Of a stretch of DNA of 64,000 nucleotides, positions 31,843 to 40,741 are shown one piece after another. The stretch's first letter is position 1. Each line of letters starts with the position of its first letter. The notes beneath the pieces were generated by a model. The model made no database searches. It was not told the origin of the DNA and saw nothing but the letters and a program-made list of their open reading frames with translations. Source of the stretch: a virus (lineage: Duplodnaviria; Caudoviricetes); IMG/VR virus record IMGVR_UViG_3300001528_000378, positions 1 to 64,000 of that record, one strand, 5' to 3'. The translations under genes and the position numbers were made by a program.

Positions 31843-32604
31843 ATGGTTTTGAAATTCAATGGAAATACAATAGAAAATGTGAAGTACAATGGAACTGAAA
31901 TTAATAAATTACAGTTTAATGGTACTACTGTTTGGGAACGAGAATCCACACCAACAGTTTTGCTAGAAAAGGATGCGGCTGGTACATATACAGTTACTGT
32001 TCCTTCTGCTGGAAATTACACAATACAAGTAGTTGGTGCAGGTGGTGGTTCTGCTATGTTGGGCTGGTCTATGGCTAGCGGCTCTACGGGTGTACACCTA
32101 TCCCAAGTTGCTAGTGGGGGGTCTGGTGGTTATTACACAGTTACAAAGAGCCTTACAAAGGGTGATACACTTACTGTTGTAGTAGGTGCTCTTGGTACAA
32201 ATGCTCCACAGTGGTCCAAGGTTGATGGAACCTTCACACTTAATGGTACAGCAGGTGGTAATACAACTGTAACTTCTAAAAAATCTGGTTCGTTAGCCAC
32301 GGCCAATGGTGGTGGGGGTGCAAGTATTGTTACCATCATTTCTGGAAACGGTGGTACAATTAACAGAAAAACCTTCCAAGGTGGTACTGCTGGAACTGGT
32401 GCAACTAAAAATGGTACTGCTGGTACAACAAATTATCAACAAAAAACAGGTAGTAATACAGCCATTACAATAGTAACAACAGCCTCTTCATACCTTACAT
32501 ATGGAAAAGGCTCTGGTGGATATGCATATGCTAATAGTAAAGCCTGTGGTTATGACCAAAACCAACAGGGAACCGCTGGGTATGTTAAAATTGTAAAAGC
32601 ATAG
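31843..32604 (+). CDS. Gly-rich tail fibre tip/adhesin
   Basis: VVGAGGG, GGSGGY, ANGGGG, GTAGYVKI pattern; ATG at 31843. Confidence 0.65.
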   Translation: MVLKFNGNTIENVKYNGTEINKLQFNGTTVWERESTPTVLLEKDAAGTYTVTVPSAGNYTIQVVGAGGGSAMLGWSMASGSTGVHLSQVASGGSGGYYTVTKSLTKGDTLTVVVGALGTNAPQWSKVDGTFTLNGTAGGNTTVTSKKSGSLATANGGGGASIVTIISGNGGTINRKTFQGGTAGTGATKNGTAGTTNYQQKTGSNTAITIVTTASSYLTYGKGSGGYAYANSKACGYDQNQQGTAGYVKIVKA

Positions 32605-32633
32605 TTGACACTGTTGAAATTATTTGTTATAAT
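32605..32633 (+). promoter_or_regulatory. sigma70-type promoter
   Basis: TTGACA-17-TATAAT with extended -10 TG. Confidence 0.75.
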
Positions 32634-32668
32634 AGTCAGGTAATAAAATACCTGGCTATTTTTATTTT
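32631..32668 (+). terminator. Intrinsic terminator ending the structural operon
   Basis: AATAGTCAGGTA / ATAAAA / TACCTGGCTATT followed by TTTATTTT. Confidence 0.75.
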
Positions 32669-32695
32669 GACAAAATTAAAAGAATATGCTACAAT
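32667..32695 (+). promoter_or_regulatory. sigma70-type promoter
   Basis: TTGACA-17-TACAAT with extended -10 TG; AGGAG at 32701. Confidence 0.75.
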
Positions 32696-32711
32696 ATGTT
32701 AGGAGATAGAT

Positions 32712-32789
32712 ATGTTATTATTTACATTATTTTTATGTGCATTTGTTTTAATAGCGGTATATGCCATTGAAAGGGATTCCAAATATTAA
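32712..32789 (+). CDS. 25-aa hydrophobic peptide
   Basis: AGGAG RBS; MLLFTLFLCAFVLIAVYAIERDSKY*; stop lies 1 nt before the helicase ATG. Confidence 0.6.
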   Translation: MLLFTLFLCAFVLIAVYAIERDSKY

Positions 32790-32790
32790 T

Positions 32791-35349
32791 ATGAAAGCAA
32801 TAATTGAAGTCGAGAACATAACTTCTAAAATTACAACACCCTTACCACAGGATGTCCAGTTTCTTTTAAGAGATAACCTGTCCTATGTGGTATCAGGTGC
32901 TATGTTTTCAGAATATGCAAAGCAAGGTATGTGGGATGGGTGCAAACACTTGTATAGTATGAAAACACAGTCATTTCCAACTGGTTTACTAAGAAGGGTT
33001 CTAACAACTCTTAATGACTGTAGCTACAAATACGAAATAATTGATAATAGGGTTAAACCAGAATTAGGAAAGGAAATTAAATTAAAGAATATAAAATTAA
33101 GAGATTACCAAGAAGAAAGTGTAGATGTACTTTTTAATAAAACTAGAGGCTTATTGCATGCCGCAACCGCTAGTGGAAAAGGTGTAATTTTATCATCTTT
33201 ACTTGCAAAACTAAATATAAAATCACTTATTATTGTTCCAACAACCTCATTATTGCACCAAACGGCAAGTGTTATACAGAAAGTCCTAGGTGTAAAGGTT
33301 GGAAAGATAGGTGATTCTATTAAGGATATTAAAAAGATTACGGTTGCAACATTTCAGTCTTTGGTAGATTCCGACGACACCAAAAAAAGAAAACTAGATT
33401 CCGAAACAGGCAGGTGGAAAACAGTTGGTGCAAAGAAAATGGAAGTCAGAAAAGACTTGAAAGATTATTTTAATAGTGTAGAGTGTCTTATAACAGACGA
33501 ATGTTTTCCAGGATTAGAAAGAGTAAACACAGAGTATGGATATATGCCTATATCAAAGATTGTCTGTAATAAGATGTCACTTAAAGTGTGGAGTTTTAAC
33601 AAAGAAAAACAATTATTTGAATTAAAACCTGTAGTTAGGTACTTTGTTCACCATCATGAAGGAACTATGGTAAAGGTTACGTTTGGGAAGCACTCCTGTG
33701 TAAAATCAACACCTAATCATAAATATTATATTCTGGATAGTGGAAATATCATAGAAAAGAGGGCAGACGAGTTATTACCAGGGGATATGGTAATATCTAT
33801 GCCAAGGACAGGAACTAAGAAAGATAATATATCCACCTATGTAAATGAAGAACAAAAGCAAGTTATACTTGGTTCTATACTTGGTGATGGAAGCTTACGA
33901 GTTGAAAAAGATAATTGTAGACTAAGCTTATGCCAGGGAGAGAAACAACTAAATTACCTAAAGTGGAAAGTAGGGCTTCTTGGAAGTCTAATTAGTGAAA
34001 AAATTAAAGAGAGTAAAAGTGGATATTGTGATAACAGGGTATACCATACGTCCACGAGGATAACTGCGTACCTTAATCAGTATAACACATCAGACGAGAG
34101 AAGAATTATCAGGGTTCTTAATAATATAAATGATATGGGCGTTGCCATTTGGTTTATGGATGACTCTTCACTTGCAGGCAGTAGTTATAGGCTTCATACA
34201 GAGTCTTACACCTATAATATACAAGAGTTATTTGTAGCCTTTTTTATGTGTAGGTATTCTATATGCCCAAAAATATTATCATGTAATAAGAATAATAAAA
34301 CATACTATTATTTGACTTTCAGTAAAAAGGATTCAGTGGTAATTAGTAATATTTTATGCAAATATGGTGTAGCATCAATGGAATACAAGGTACTACCTAC
34401 TCATAGTATAAGCTATTACAATAGCCGTGAAGATCAGCTTAATTATGGGGTGTCAGTAGTAAAGAGTATAGAAAAATATGATTATGATGGTAATGTATAT
34501 AACATCGAGGTAGAGGGAAACCACAACTACTTAGTTGGTAATAATAAATTGGTGTCAAATTGTCATCACATTATATCGCAGTCCATACAAAAAGTATATG
34601 AAGCCTGTCCAAATGCTTATTATAGGTATGGGTTATCTGCAACACCCTTCTCAGATAGAGATGAGGATGTATTAATTGAAGCAGCCACAGGTAGGGTATT
34701 AAAAGAGTTATCTGCGTCTTATTTAATTAGTAAAGGTTGGTTATCAAAACCCACTATACATTTAGTACCATATAAACAACAAAGAGGTGGAAACTCTACA
34801 ACTTATGCAGGTTTGTATAAAGAAAAGATAACTGAAAATGAGGAAAGGAATAAGCTATTAACAAAGATTATATCTATGCGTGCAGATATGGGGGATAGTG
34901 TACTTGTATCTGTAAGATACTTAGAACATGGTAAAACACTTTATAATATGTTAGTTGATAAGTACGGGGACGATGTTGTGTTTGTAAATTCTAGTGTATC
35001 AACTAATAGACTAAATGAAGTGTTAAAAGACTTATCTAAAAAGAAACTCAAAATATGTATCAGCACATCTATTTTGCAAGAAGGAGTGGACGTACCATCA
35101 TTAAATACATTGGTGATGGCTGGTAGTCCAAAATCCAAGATTGCAACGATGCAGTTGGTTGGTCGTGTATTGAGAAAGACAGATGATAAAAGTACGGTGG
35201 ACGTATATGACATCCAGGATTATAATACCAAATATTTTTCCTCATCTGCCAAAGAGCGGTTTAATATTTATAGTTCAGAGCCAGAGTTCATTTTAAAAGA
35301 GGATACTATGTTCGAGCCAAGTAATAGTACACTTGACAAATCAAACTAA
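32791..35349 (+). CDS. SF2 (UvsW-like) helicase with intein
   Basis: LRDYQ Q-motif, ATASGKG, DE|CH split by intein, GLSATP, QLVGRVLR. Confidence 0.9.
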   Translation: MKAIIEVENITSKITTPLPQDVQFLLRDNLSYVVSGAMFSEYAKQGMWDGCKHLYSMKTQSFPTGLLRRVLTTLNDCSYKYEIIDNRVKPELGKEIKLKNIKLRDYQEESVDVLFNKTRGLLHAATASGKGVILSSLLAKLNIKSLIIVPTTSLLHQTASVIQKVLGVKVGKIGDSIKDIKKITVATFQSLVDSDDTKKRKLDSETGRWKTVGAKKMEVRKDLKDYFNSVECLITDECFPGLERVNTEYGYMPISKIVCNKMSLKVWSFNKEKQLFELKPVVRYFVHHHEGTMVKVTFGKHSCVKSTPNHKYYILDSGNIIEKRADELLPGDMVISMPRTGTKKDNISTYVNEEQKQVILGSILGDGSLRVEKDNCRLSLCQGEKQLNYLKWKVGLLGSLISEKIKESKSGYCDNRVYHTSTRITAYLNQYNTSDERRIIRVLNNINDMGVAIWFMDDSSLAGSSYRLHTESYTYNIQELFVAFFMCRYSICPKILSCNKNNKTYYYLTFSKKDSVVISNILCKYGVASMEYKVLPTHSISYYNSREDQLNYGVSVVKSIEKYDYDGNVYNIEVEGNHNYLVGNNKLVSNCHHIISQSIQKVYEACPNAYYRYGLSATPFSDRDEDVLIEAATGRVLKELSASYLISKGWLSKPTIHLVPYKQQRGGNSTTYAGLYKEKITENEERNKLLTKIISMRADMGDSVLVSVRYLEHGKTLYNMLVDKYGDDVVFVNSSVSTNRLNEVLKDLSKKKLKICISTSILQEGVDVPSLNTLVMAGSPKSKIATMQLVGRVLRKTDDKSTVDVYDIQDYNTKYFSSSAKERFNIYSSEPEFILKEDTMFEPSNSTLDKSN
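33502..34560 (+). mobile_element. Intein with LAGLIDADG homing endonuclease (353 aa)
   Basis: Starts CFPG; TPNH block B; ILGSILGDG and IWFMDD motifs; ends VYNIEV...LVSN before +1 Cys; removal restores DECH. Confidence 0.9.
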
Positions 35350-35361
35350 ATATGGTATAAT
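35333..35361 (+). promoter_or_regulatory. sigma70-type promoter, probably leaderless transcript
   Basis: TTGACA-17-TATAAT with extended -10 TG; ATG 6 nt downstream. Confidence 0.75.
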
Positions 35362-35367
35362 TACAAT

Positions 35368-35697
35368 ATGAAACCTTTTGACCTTTATAGATTTGTAATC
35401 TCTCTTACAAGAGAGCCTTATAATACAAAAAAACTTCCTTTTTATTTGGCGAGGGCGAAGAGCGCATTAACCAAATTAAAGGGTATGAACTGGGAAGACG
35501 AGGATATAAAGACTATTGTTTGTAAGGTAGTATCAATCACTTCCAGTGGTTGTTATCCAAATACTTATCAGTATATTATAGGTGTACTAAATAATATTAG
35601 AATATCTCCCCTTATGAAGTCTACAAGTGAGGAAGTAGATAAGGAATATATGGATTGGATTAAACAAGAGATTGAGAGGATTAAGAACAATGCTTAG
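35368..35697 (+). CDS. Hypothetical protein (possible initiator/loader partner)
   Basis: Directly precedes the DnaC-like gene; YIIGVL..I motif reminiscent of DnaD-like domains. Confidence 0.4.
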   Translation: MKPFDLYRFVISLTREPYNTKKLPFYLARAKSALTKLKGMNWEDEDIKTIVCKVVSITSSGCYPNTYQYIIGVLNNIRISPLMKSTSEEVDKEYMDWIKQEIERIKNNA

Positions 35698-36382
35698 TCA
35701 GTTAGACTTAAACTATTTAGAGTTATATAAGAAAAAGTATGTATTAGGATGCCCAATTTGTGGTGGCAGAGATTCTTATTGTAATTGCTGGCGTAAGTAC
35801 AACAATGAAATCAAAAAGATTTCGGCTGGTATTCCAGTTAAATATAGAAATTACACAATGAAAGACTTTACACACCCACAATTAAAACAGCAGAAAGAGT
35901 TTGTAGAATCCATTATTAGTGATTTTGATAATTTAAGGTTATCTGGTAGGGTGCTGTATTTTTATGGTTCTTCTGGTACGGCAAAAACAATGTCTGCAAT
36001 TTTAGTTTCTTGTGAAGGTATCAGAAGGGGATATAAGGTACACTATTACGAGTCTTTACAGGCAATTTCTACACTATTAAAACAGGCTTGGTCTTCTGAT
36101 GAACCTGCTTCTGTAGCAAATGACATTACATTATCTGATTTAATTGTAGTAGATAATTTGGGGTCTGAGAATATATCCAATGAAAATATCAAGTCGGAAA
36201 TCTATAACTTGTTTAAGCAAAGAAGTTATAATTGTCTACCTACTATTTTTATTGCTCCTGTATCTATTAAGGACTTGAAATTACAATTAGACAAGAACAT
36301 TGTAGAGCTATTTGATTGCAACCAGATTACTTCGGTTCAATTCAAAGGATTTGACTATCGTAAAGAAGTGTTGGAGAAATAA
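35690..36382 (+). CDS. DnaC/IstB-like helicase loader
   Basis: CPIC..C.C Zn motif, GIPVKY, GSSGTAKT Walker A, LIVVDNLG. Confidence 0.8.
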   Translation: MLSQLDLNYLELYKKKYVLGCPICGGRDSYCNCWRKYNNEIKKISAGIPVKYRNYTMKDFTHPQLKQQKEFVESIISDFDNLRLSGRVLYFYGSSGTAKTMSAILVSCEGIRRGYKVHYYESLQAISTLLKQAWSSDEPASVANDITLSDLIVVDNLGSENISNENIKSEIYNLFKQRSYNCLPTIFIAPVSIKDLKLQLDKNIVELFDCNQITSVQFKGFDYRKEVLEK

Positions 36383-37708
36383 ATGGAAAGAGATTTACTA
36401 TCACTACTTATTAAGAATCCGTCTGTTGTTATCAAATGTTTGGAAGCAGGTATTAAATCTTCCATATTTGAAGATGAAAAGTATGCTTTATTCTACAAAA
36501 CAATTATGGCTTATTTTTCAAATTATAGAGTTATCCCAACGGAAGAAACATATACCAAATTTTTGGAAGTATTAAATATAGATACAAAGTTAAAGGGTAT
36601 GCTGCCCATTGTATATGTAGATGTAAAGGGGTATACAACGGATAAGCCCTTGGAATTTATCTTGGATTATATGTTAAAAATGTATAAAACAAGAGCCATC
36701 AAAGACTTACTTAGAAATCAAATTGATAACTTGAAACCAGACACCATAGATGATGCATCTGCAATTATTAACAGGGATATTTCCAAAATTCGTTCCTTTG
36801 GTGTATTAGAGGGTTCTGAGGGGGACTTTAGATACTGTGGTGCAGACGCTTTGGATTCATACTATAAAGCAAAAGAAACTGGTGTGGTAGGGTTAAAGTA
36901 TGGCTACCCGTCGTTAGATGTTAGAACAGGTGGACAAGGTAGTGGTGAGTTATGGATTATTATGGGTTATATGAAGGCTGGTAAGTCAACCATGCTATTA
37001 AATATGGCCAATAATGTGTGGCATTCTGGAAAAAATGTGGTATACTTTTCGGCAGAAGTATCTAAAAAAGTATTAGACAGAAGATTAACTGCAATGAATA
37101 TGTATGTGCCAATTAACGCGATTAAACAAGGTACATTAACACACGACGATGAAATGCGTATGGTATCTTTCTATGATGAAGCGAAGAAGTCCAAGTCTTC
37201 TTTATATATTGTAGATAGAGGTGCTATGACCACAGATTACATCAGGGCTAAGATACAAGAATTAAAATCTATTATGCCAGTTGATTTAGTTGTGGTTGAC
37301 TATCTAGGTATTTGTAGAACAACTAATTGTAGGTCTAATGCAAAAGAGTATGAATATATTGGCCAGATTGCTTGGGATTTAAGGGATATTGCAAAAATGG
37401 AAAATGTACCTGTGCTTACTGCACACCAGTCAAATAAGGAGAAGGGTATTTCAAAATCCATTGACGTAGGTAGGCACTGCGACTTGCTATTACAGATTGA
37501 GTTAACAGATGAAAACCAATTACAAGCTGGGTCTGACTTGGTAGATATGGAAGCAATTATAAAGTTAACCAGAGATTCCGCAGGTGGTAAGTTTCCGCTA
37601 GAAGCGTCCTTTTCGTATGGTATTATTAAAGAACCAAAAAGAGTAAATGCTTCACTTGCATTTGGAACAGGTGCAGAGGAAGGACAATCAGATGCAGACT
37701 CTTTCTAA
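36383..37708 (+). CDS. dnaB: DnaB-like replicative helicase
   Basis: GYPSLD..TGG, GYMKAGKS, FSAE, VVDYL, AHQ motifs. Confidence 0.85.
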   Translation: MERDLLSLLIKNPSVVIKCLEAGIKSSIFEDEKYALFYKTIMAYFSNYRVIPTEETYTKFLEVLNIDTKLKGMLPIVYVDVKGYTTDKPLEFILDYMLKMYKTRAIKDLLRNQIDNLKPDTIDDASAIINRDISKIRSFGVLEGSEGDFRYCGADALDSYYKAKETGVVGLKYGYPSLDVRTGGQGSGELWIIMGYMKAGKSTMLLNMANNVWHSGKNVVYFSAEVSKKVLDRRLTAMNMYVPINAIKQGTLTHDDEMRMVSFYDEAKKSKSSLYIVDRGAMTTDYIRAKIQELKSIMPVDLVVVDYLGICRTTNCRSNAKEYEYIGQIAWDLRDIAKMENVPVLTAHQSNKEKGISKSIDVGRHCDLLLQIELTDENQLQAGSDLVDMEAIIKLTRDSAGGKFPLEASFSYGIIKEPKRVNASLAFGTGAEEGQSDADSF

Positions 37709-38105
37709 CTTTTTTGTAGTAAAAGATACAGAAGAACTGGACTATTTAGAGGGGTACAAATATTCTATCTGGAATGATAGTTATGTAAAAGACGCTTGTA
37801 ATGCAGATGCCTCCCATTTTAAACAATTTCCTGATTTTTTAAGTGCAGCCTTAGAGTGGAAATTAGTATTAGAAAAAATGTATCCAAAAGTTCAAGAAAG
37901 GTGCCTATTAACTTATGGATATTATACAGAGAAACCATTACACTATGCTATAGATAGGTATATTAGACGATTAATCACAGACTACATTATTGTTAAGACA
38001 GATAAAGATATAGAGTTATCTACCCAGTTATATTGGCCAGAAAAGGCTTTTAGAGAGGCATACAAGGATGCTTATCACAGATTATCAGAATATCACAAGA
38101 GATGA
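37692..38105 (+). CDS. Hypothetical protein
   Basis: ATG at 37692 after AGGA; coupled to neighbours. Confidence 0.5.
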   Translation: MQTLSNFFVVKDTEELDYLEGYKYSIWNDSYVKDACNADASHFKQFPDFLSAALEWKLVLEKMYPKVQERCLLTYGYYTEKPLHYAIDRYIRRLITDYIIVKTDKDIELSTQLYWPEKAFREAYKDAYHRLSEYHKR

Positions 38106-38691
38106 TTTATTATCCGATACAGATACTATTGTATTGTGTGATTACCCAGCTATTGGAAAGTGGAATCCCTTTGGTACAACAGGTGATATTTCAAACATAT
38201 ATAAGTTTGTGGATTTTGCTTACTTAATTCCGGGTCCACCTCTAAGTAAAAATGTACCTTTTAGGTATCAAATTCCAAAATGCTTTAAAATAGAGGAGTA
38301 TATACAAGATATACTACCACAAGAAATAAGTAGGCTAAAGAAGCATATAGAAAAACACCCAAATAAAAATTATATTATACCCCCACTAGGGTTGGGGTTA
38401 CAAAAAGGGTTAGTATTCTATTTTGCTATCAGACCTTACCTTCCATTGGAATTAAAGGATTATAAAAATGTTACTCTAATATGGAATAACATAACCAAGG
38501 AAGAATTGGTAAGCCCAAAGTGGTTGATGTATAATAAATACAAGGATAGGGATAAGTCCAATCCAAGACCAAAATTAGCCCTAATAGAATATATGCAGAA
38601 ACACTTTGGTAATGAGGTTGATTTGGAAAGATTAAATAATGATGACATACTGATAGACTTACCTAATGGTGTCTATTCACAGGAGAATTAA
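38068..38691 (+). CDS. Hypothetical protein, possible divergent macro-like fold
   Basis: YIIPPLGLGL resembles the macrodomain P.(I/L)G.G loop. Confidence 0.35.
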   Translation: MLITDYQNITRDDLLSDTDTIVLCDYPAIGKWNPFGTTGDISNIYKFVDFAYLIPGPPLSKNVPFRYQIPKCFKIEEYIQDILPQEISRLKKHIEKHPNKNYIIPPLGLGLQKGLVFYFAIRPYLPLELKDYKNVTLIWNNITKEELVSPKWLMYNKYKDRDKSNPRPKLALIEYMQKHFGNEVDLERLNNDDILIDLPNGVYSQEN

Positions 38692-40301
38692 TGAAAACAG
38701 AGACGATGTTTGGGGCAGAAGCCCGTGAAAAATTAAGAAAAGGTGTAGAAAAGACATATGCTGCGATCGCACCTACTCTTGGACCAAAGGGTAGAAGTGC
38801 TATTCTTAGTTATGGTAAATTAAGACCCTCTGTAACTTTGGACGATGGTGTATCTATTGCAAACTTTCTTGTACTAGAAGACCCATTTGAAAATGAAGGC
38901 ACAAAACTTATTAAAGAAGTTGCATCTAAAACAAATGATAATGTAGGTGATTCCACCACTACTTCTACTGTTCTTACTTGGAGTATGCTGGATAATGCAG
39001 TTAAAAACATTACTTCCGGTGCAAACCCTACTCTTGTAAAGAAAGGTATTCAAGAAGCAGTTAAGTTTGTGGTGAAGGAAGTAACCACAAGAGCCTTGCC
39101 AGTGACTTCTTTTGAAGACACCAAAAAGGTAGCGACCATTTCTGCAAATGATGAAGAAATGGGTACAAAAGTAGCAGAAGCTATTAAAGCCGTAAAAGGT
39201 GGACTGGTATCTGTGGAAGAGGGTACCGAAGAGGGTATTAATATTGAAGTAGTAGACGGCATGCAACTTGGAACTGGGTATGCCAGCCCATACTTTGGTA
39301 TTAAGTCTAGTAATGGTTCTTGTACGCTTAAAAATGCTTATGTAGCCATTTTAGACCGCTCTGTATCTAACTTGGAAGAACTAATGCCTGTCCTTCAAAG
39401 AGCAAAAGAAATGGGTCGTTCAATTCTTCTTATTTGTGATAACATTTCTGGTAGTGCCTTGCAGTTATTGGTTAAAAACTATGTGGAAGATAGAATTGAT
39501 GTATGTGTGGTAAAATCCCCCTCTGGTGGTTTGAACAAGAAAGAATTATTGGAAGATGTGGCCATTTATACTGGTGGTAAAGTATTTGGTGGTGTGTTTG
39601 GTGATGATCTTAAAAACTTTGACCCTAAAGTATTGGGTGTAGCGGATGTTGTTACAGTCGATAGTCAGTATACCGTGATTCGTTCTAAACCGAATAAAGA
39701 TGCTATTAATGCACGTGTGGAAACTATTGATAATGCTCTTATTAAGGAAAAGAACGACCAGTATAGAGTTGAACACCTAAAACTTCGCAGAGCAGGTCTA
39801 ACTTCTGGTATTGCTCTTATTAAAATCTGTGAAAAGACTACCACTGAAACCAAGGCTAGAATGGCCAAATTGGAAGATGCAAAGAATGCTGCATTAACTG
39901 CATTAAAAGGTGGTGTAGTAGCCGGTGGTGGTACTGCACTTATGTCTATTGAACCTGAACTGGATAAATATATTAAATCCAAAATTGGAACACTTGATAG
40001 AGATATTATTGTTGGTATGCAAGTGGTGCAACAGGCTTTATCAAAACCTTTGGAAGTAATTGCTTCCAACTGTGGGTTAAATGGTCCTACGGTGGTGGAT
40101 AAAGTGAGAGAAAATATCAAGAGTAATCCTACGTTTGGTTTTAATGCTGACACCGAAGAATATTGTGATATGCTTCAAACAGGCATTATTGATGCTGCAA
40201 ACTCCACTAAAACTTCCATTGAAAATGCAGCCTCTGTGGTATCTACAATTATTATGACAGAGTGTGTATCAGTCATATTTGACAAAGAAGAAGAAAAATA
40301 G
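38691..40301 (+). CDS. groEL: Phage-encoded GroEL chaperonin
   Basis: PTLGPKGR, DGVSIA, GDSTTT, ATISAN, GVVAGGG. Confidence 0.95.
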   Translation: MKTETMFGAEAREKLRKGVEKTYAAIAPTLGPKGRSAILSYGKLRPSVTLDDGVSIANFLVLEDPFENEGTKLIKEVASKTNDNVGDSTTTSTVLTWSMLDNAVKNITSGANPTLVKKGIQEAVKFVVKEVTTRALPVTSFEDTKKVATISANDEEMGTKVAEAIKAVKGGLVSVEEGTEEGINIEVVDGMQLGTGYASPYFGIKSSNGSCTLKNAYVAILDRSVSNLEELMPVLQRAKEMGRSILLICDNISGSALQLLVKNYVEDRIDVCVVKSPSGGLNKKELLEDVAIYTGGKVFGGVFGDDLKNFDPKVLGVADVVTVDSQYTVIRSKPNKDAINARVETIDNALIKEKNDQYRVEHLKLRRAGLTSGIALIKICEKTTTETKARMAKLEDAKNAALTALKGGVVAGGGTALMSIEPELDKYIKSKIGTLDRDIIVGMQVVQQALSKPLEVIASNCGLNGPTVVDKVRENIKSNPTFGFNADTEEYCDMLQTGIIDAANSTKTSIENAASVVSTIIMTECVSVIFDKEEEK

Positions 40302-40331
40302 TATAATAGTGGGGGAGTAATAACTCCCCCA
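40279..40331 (+). promoter_or_regulatory. sigma70-type promoter followed by a GC-rich hairpin
   Basis: TTGACA(40279)-17-TATAAT(40302); TGGGGGAGT/AATA/ACTCCCCCA at 40310-40331. Confidence 0.7.
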
Positions 40332-40345
40332 TAAAAGGAATACAT

Positions 40346-40726
40346 ATGAAAGTATTTGGAAGTGTGATTACAGTAAATACAAATAATAAAATACTTGTAA
40401 GATATAGTAAAGATGGTCTGTATTTACCAAAAGTGGAAGTAGGGGAAACAATGACTATTAAGGGTCATCTTGTATCCACTCTACTTAGTATTGGTATATC
40501 TGACGTGGTAGAGGGAGACCTTTCTTTGTACAATATGGAAGACGAAGTTGACAAAGATGGTCATATTATGTATAATACCTATATTACAAAAACAAAAAGT
40601 ACAGACTTAGAGAGCGGTATTAACTACAAATATATGTCTTTAAGTGATTTGAAAAACAACTTAACAAAATTTGTAAATAAGTTTGACGCATTTGTGGTAA
40701 GACTATATATTATAAATCCTTATTAA
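40346..40726 (+). CDS. Degenerate Nudix-fold protein
   Basis: Strand pattern ...KILV...GLYLP.VEVGET...; lacks the REUXEE Nudix box. Confidence 0.4.
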   Translation: MKVFGSVITVNTNNKILVRYSKDGLYLPKVEVGETMTIKGHLVSTLLSIGISDVVEGDLSLYNMEDEVDKDGHIMYNTYITKTKSTDLESGINYKYMSLSDLKNNLTKFVNKFDAFVVRLYIINPY

Positions 40727-40741
40727 GAGGAGTTAAAAATA

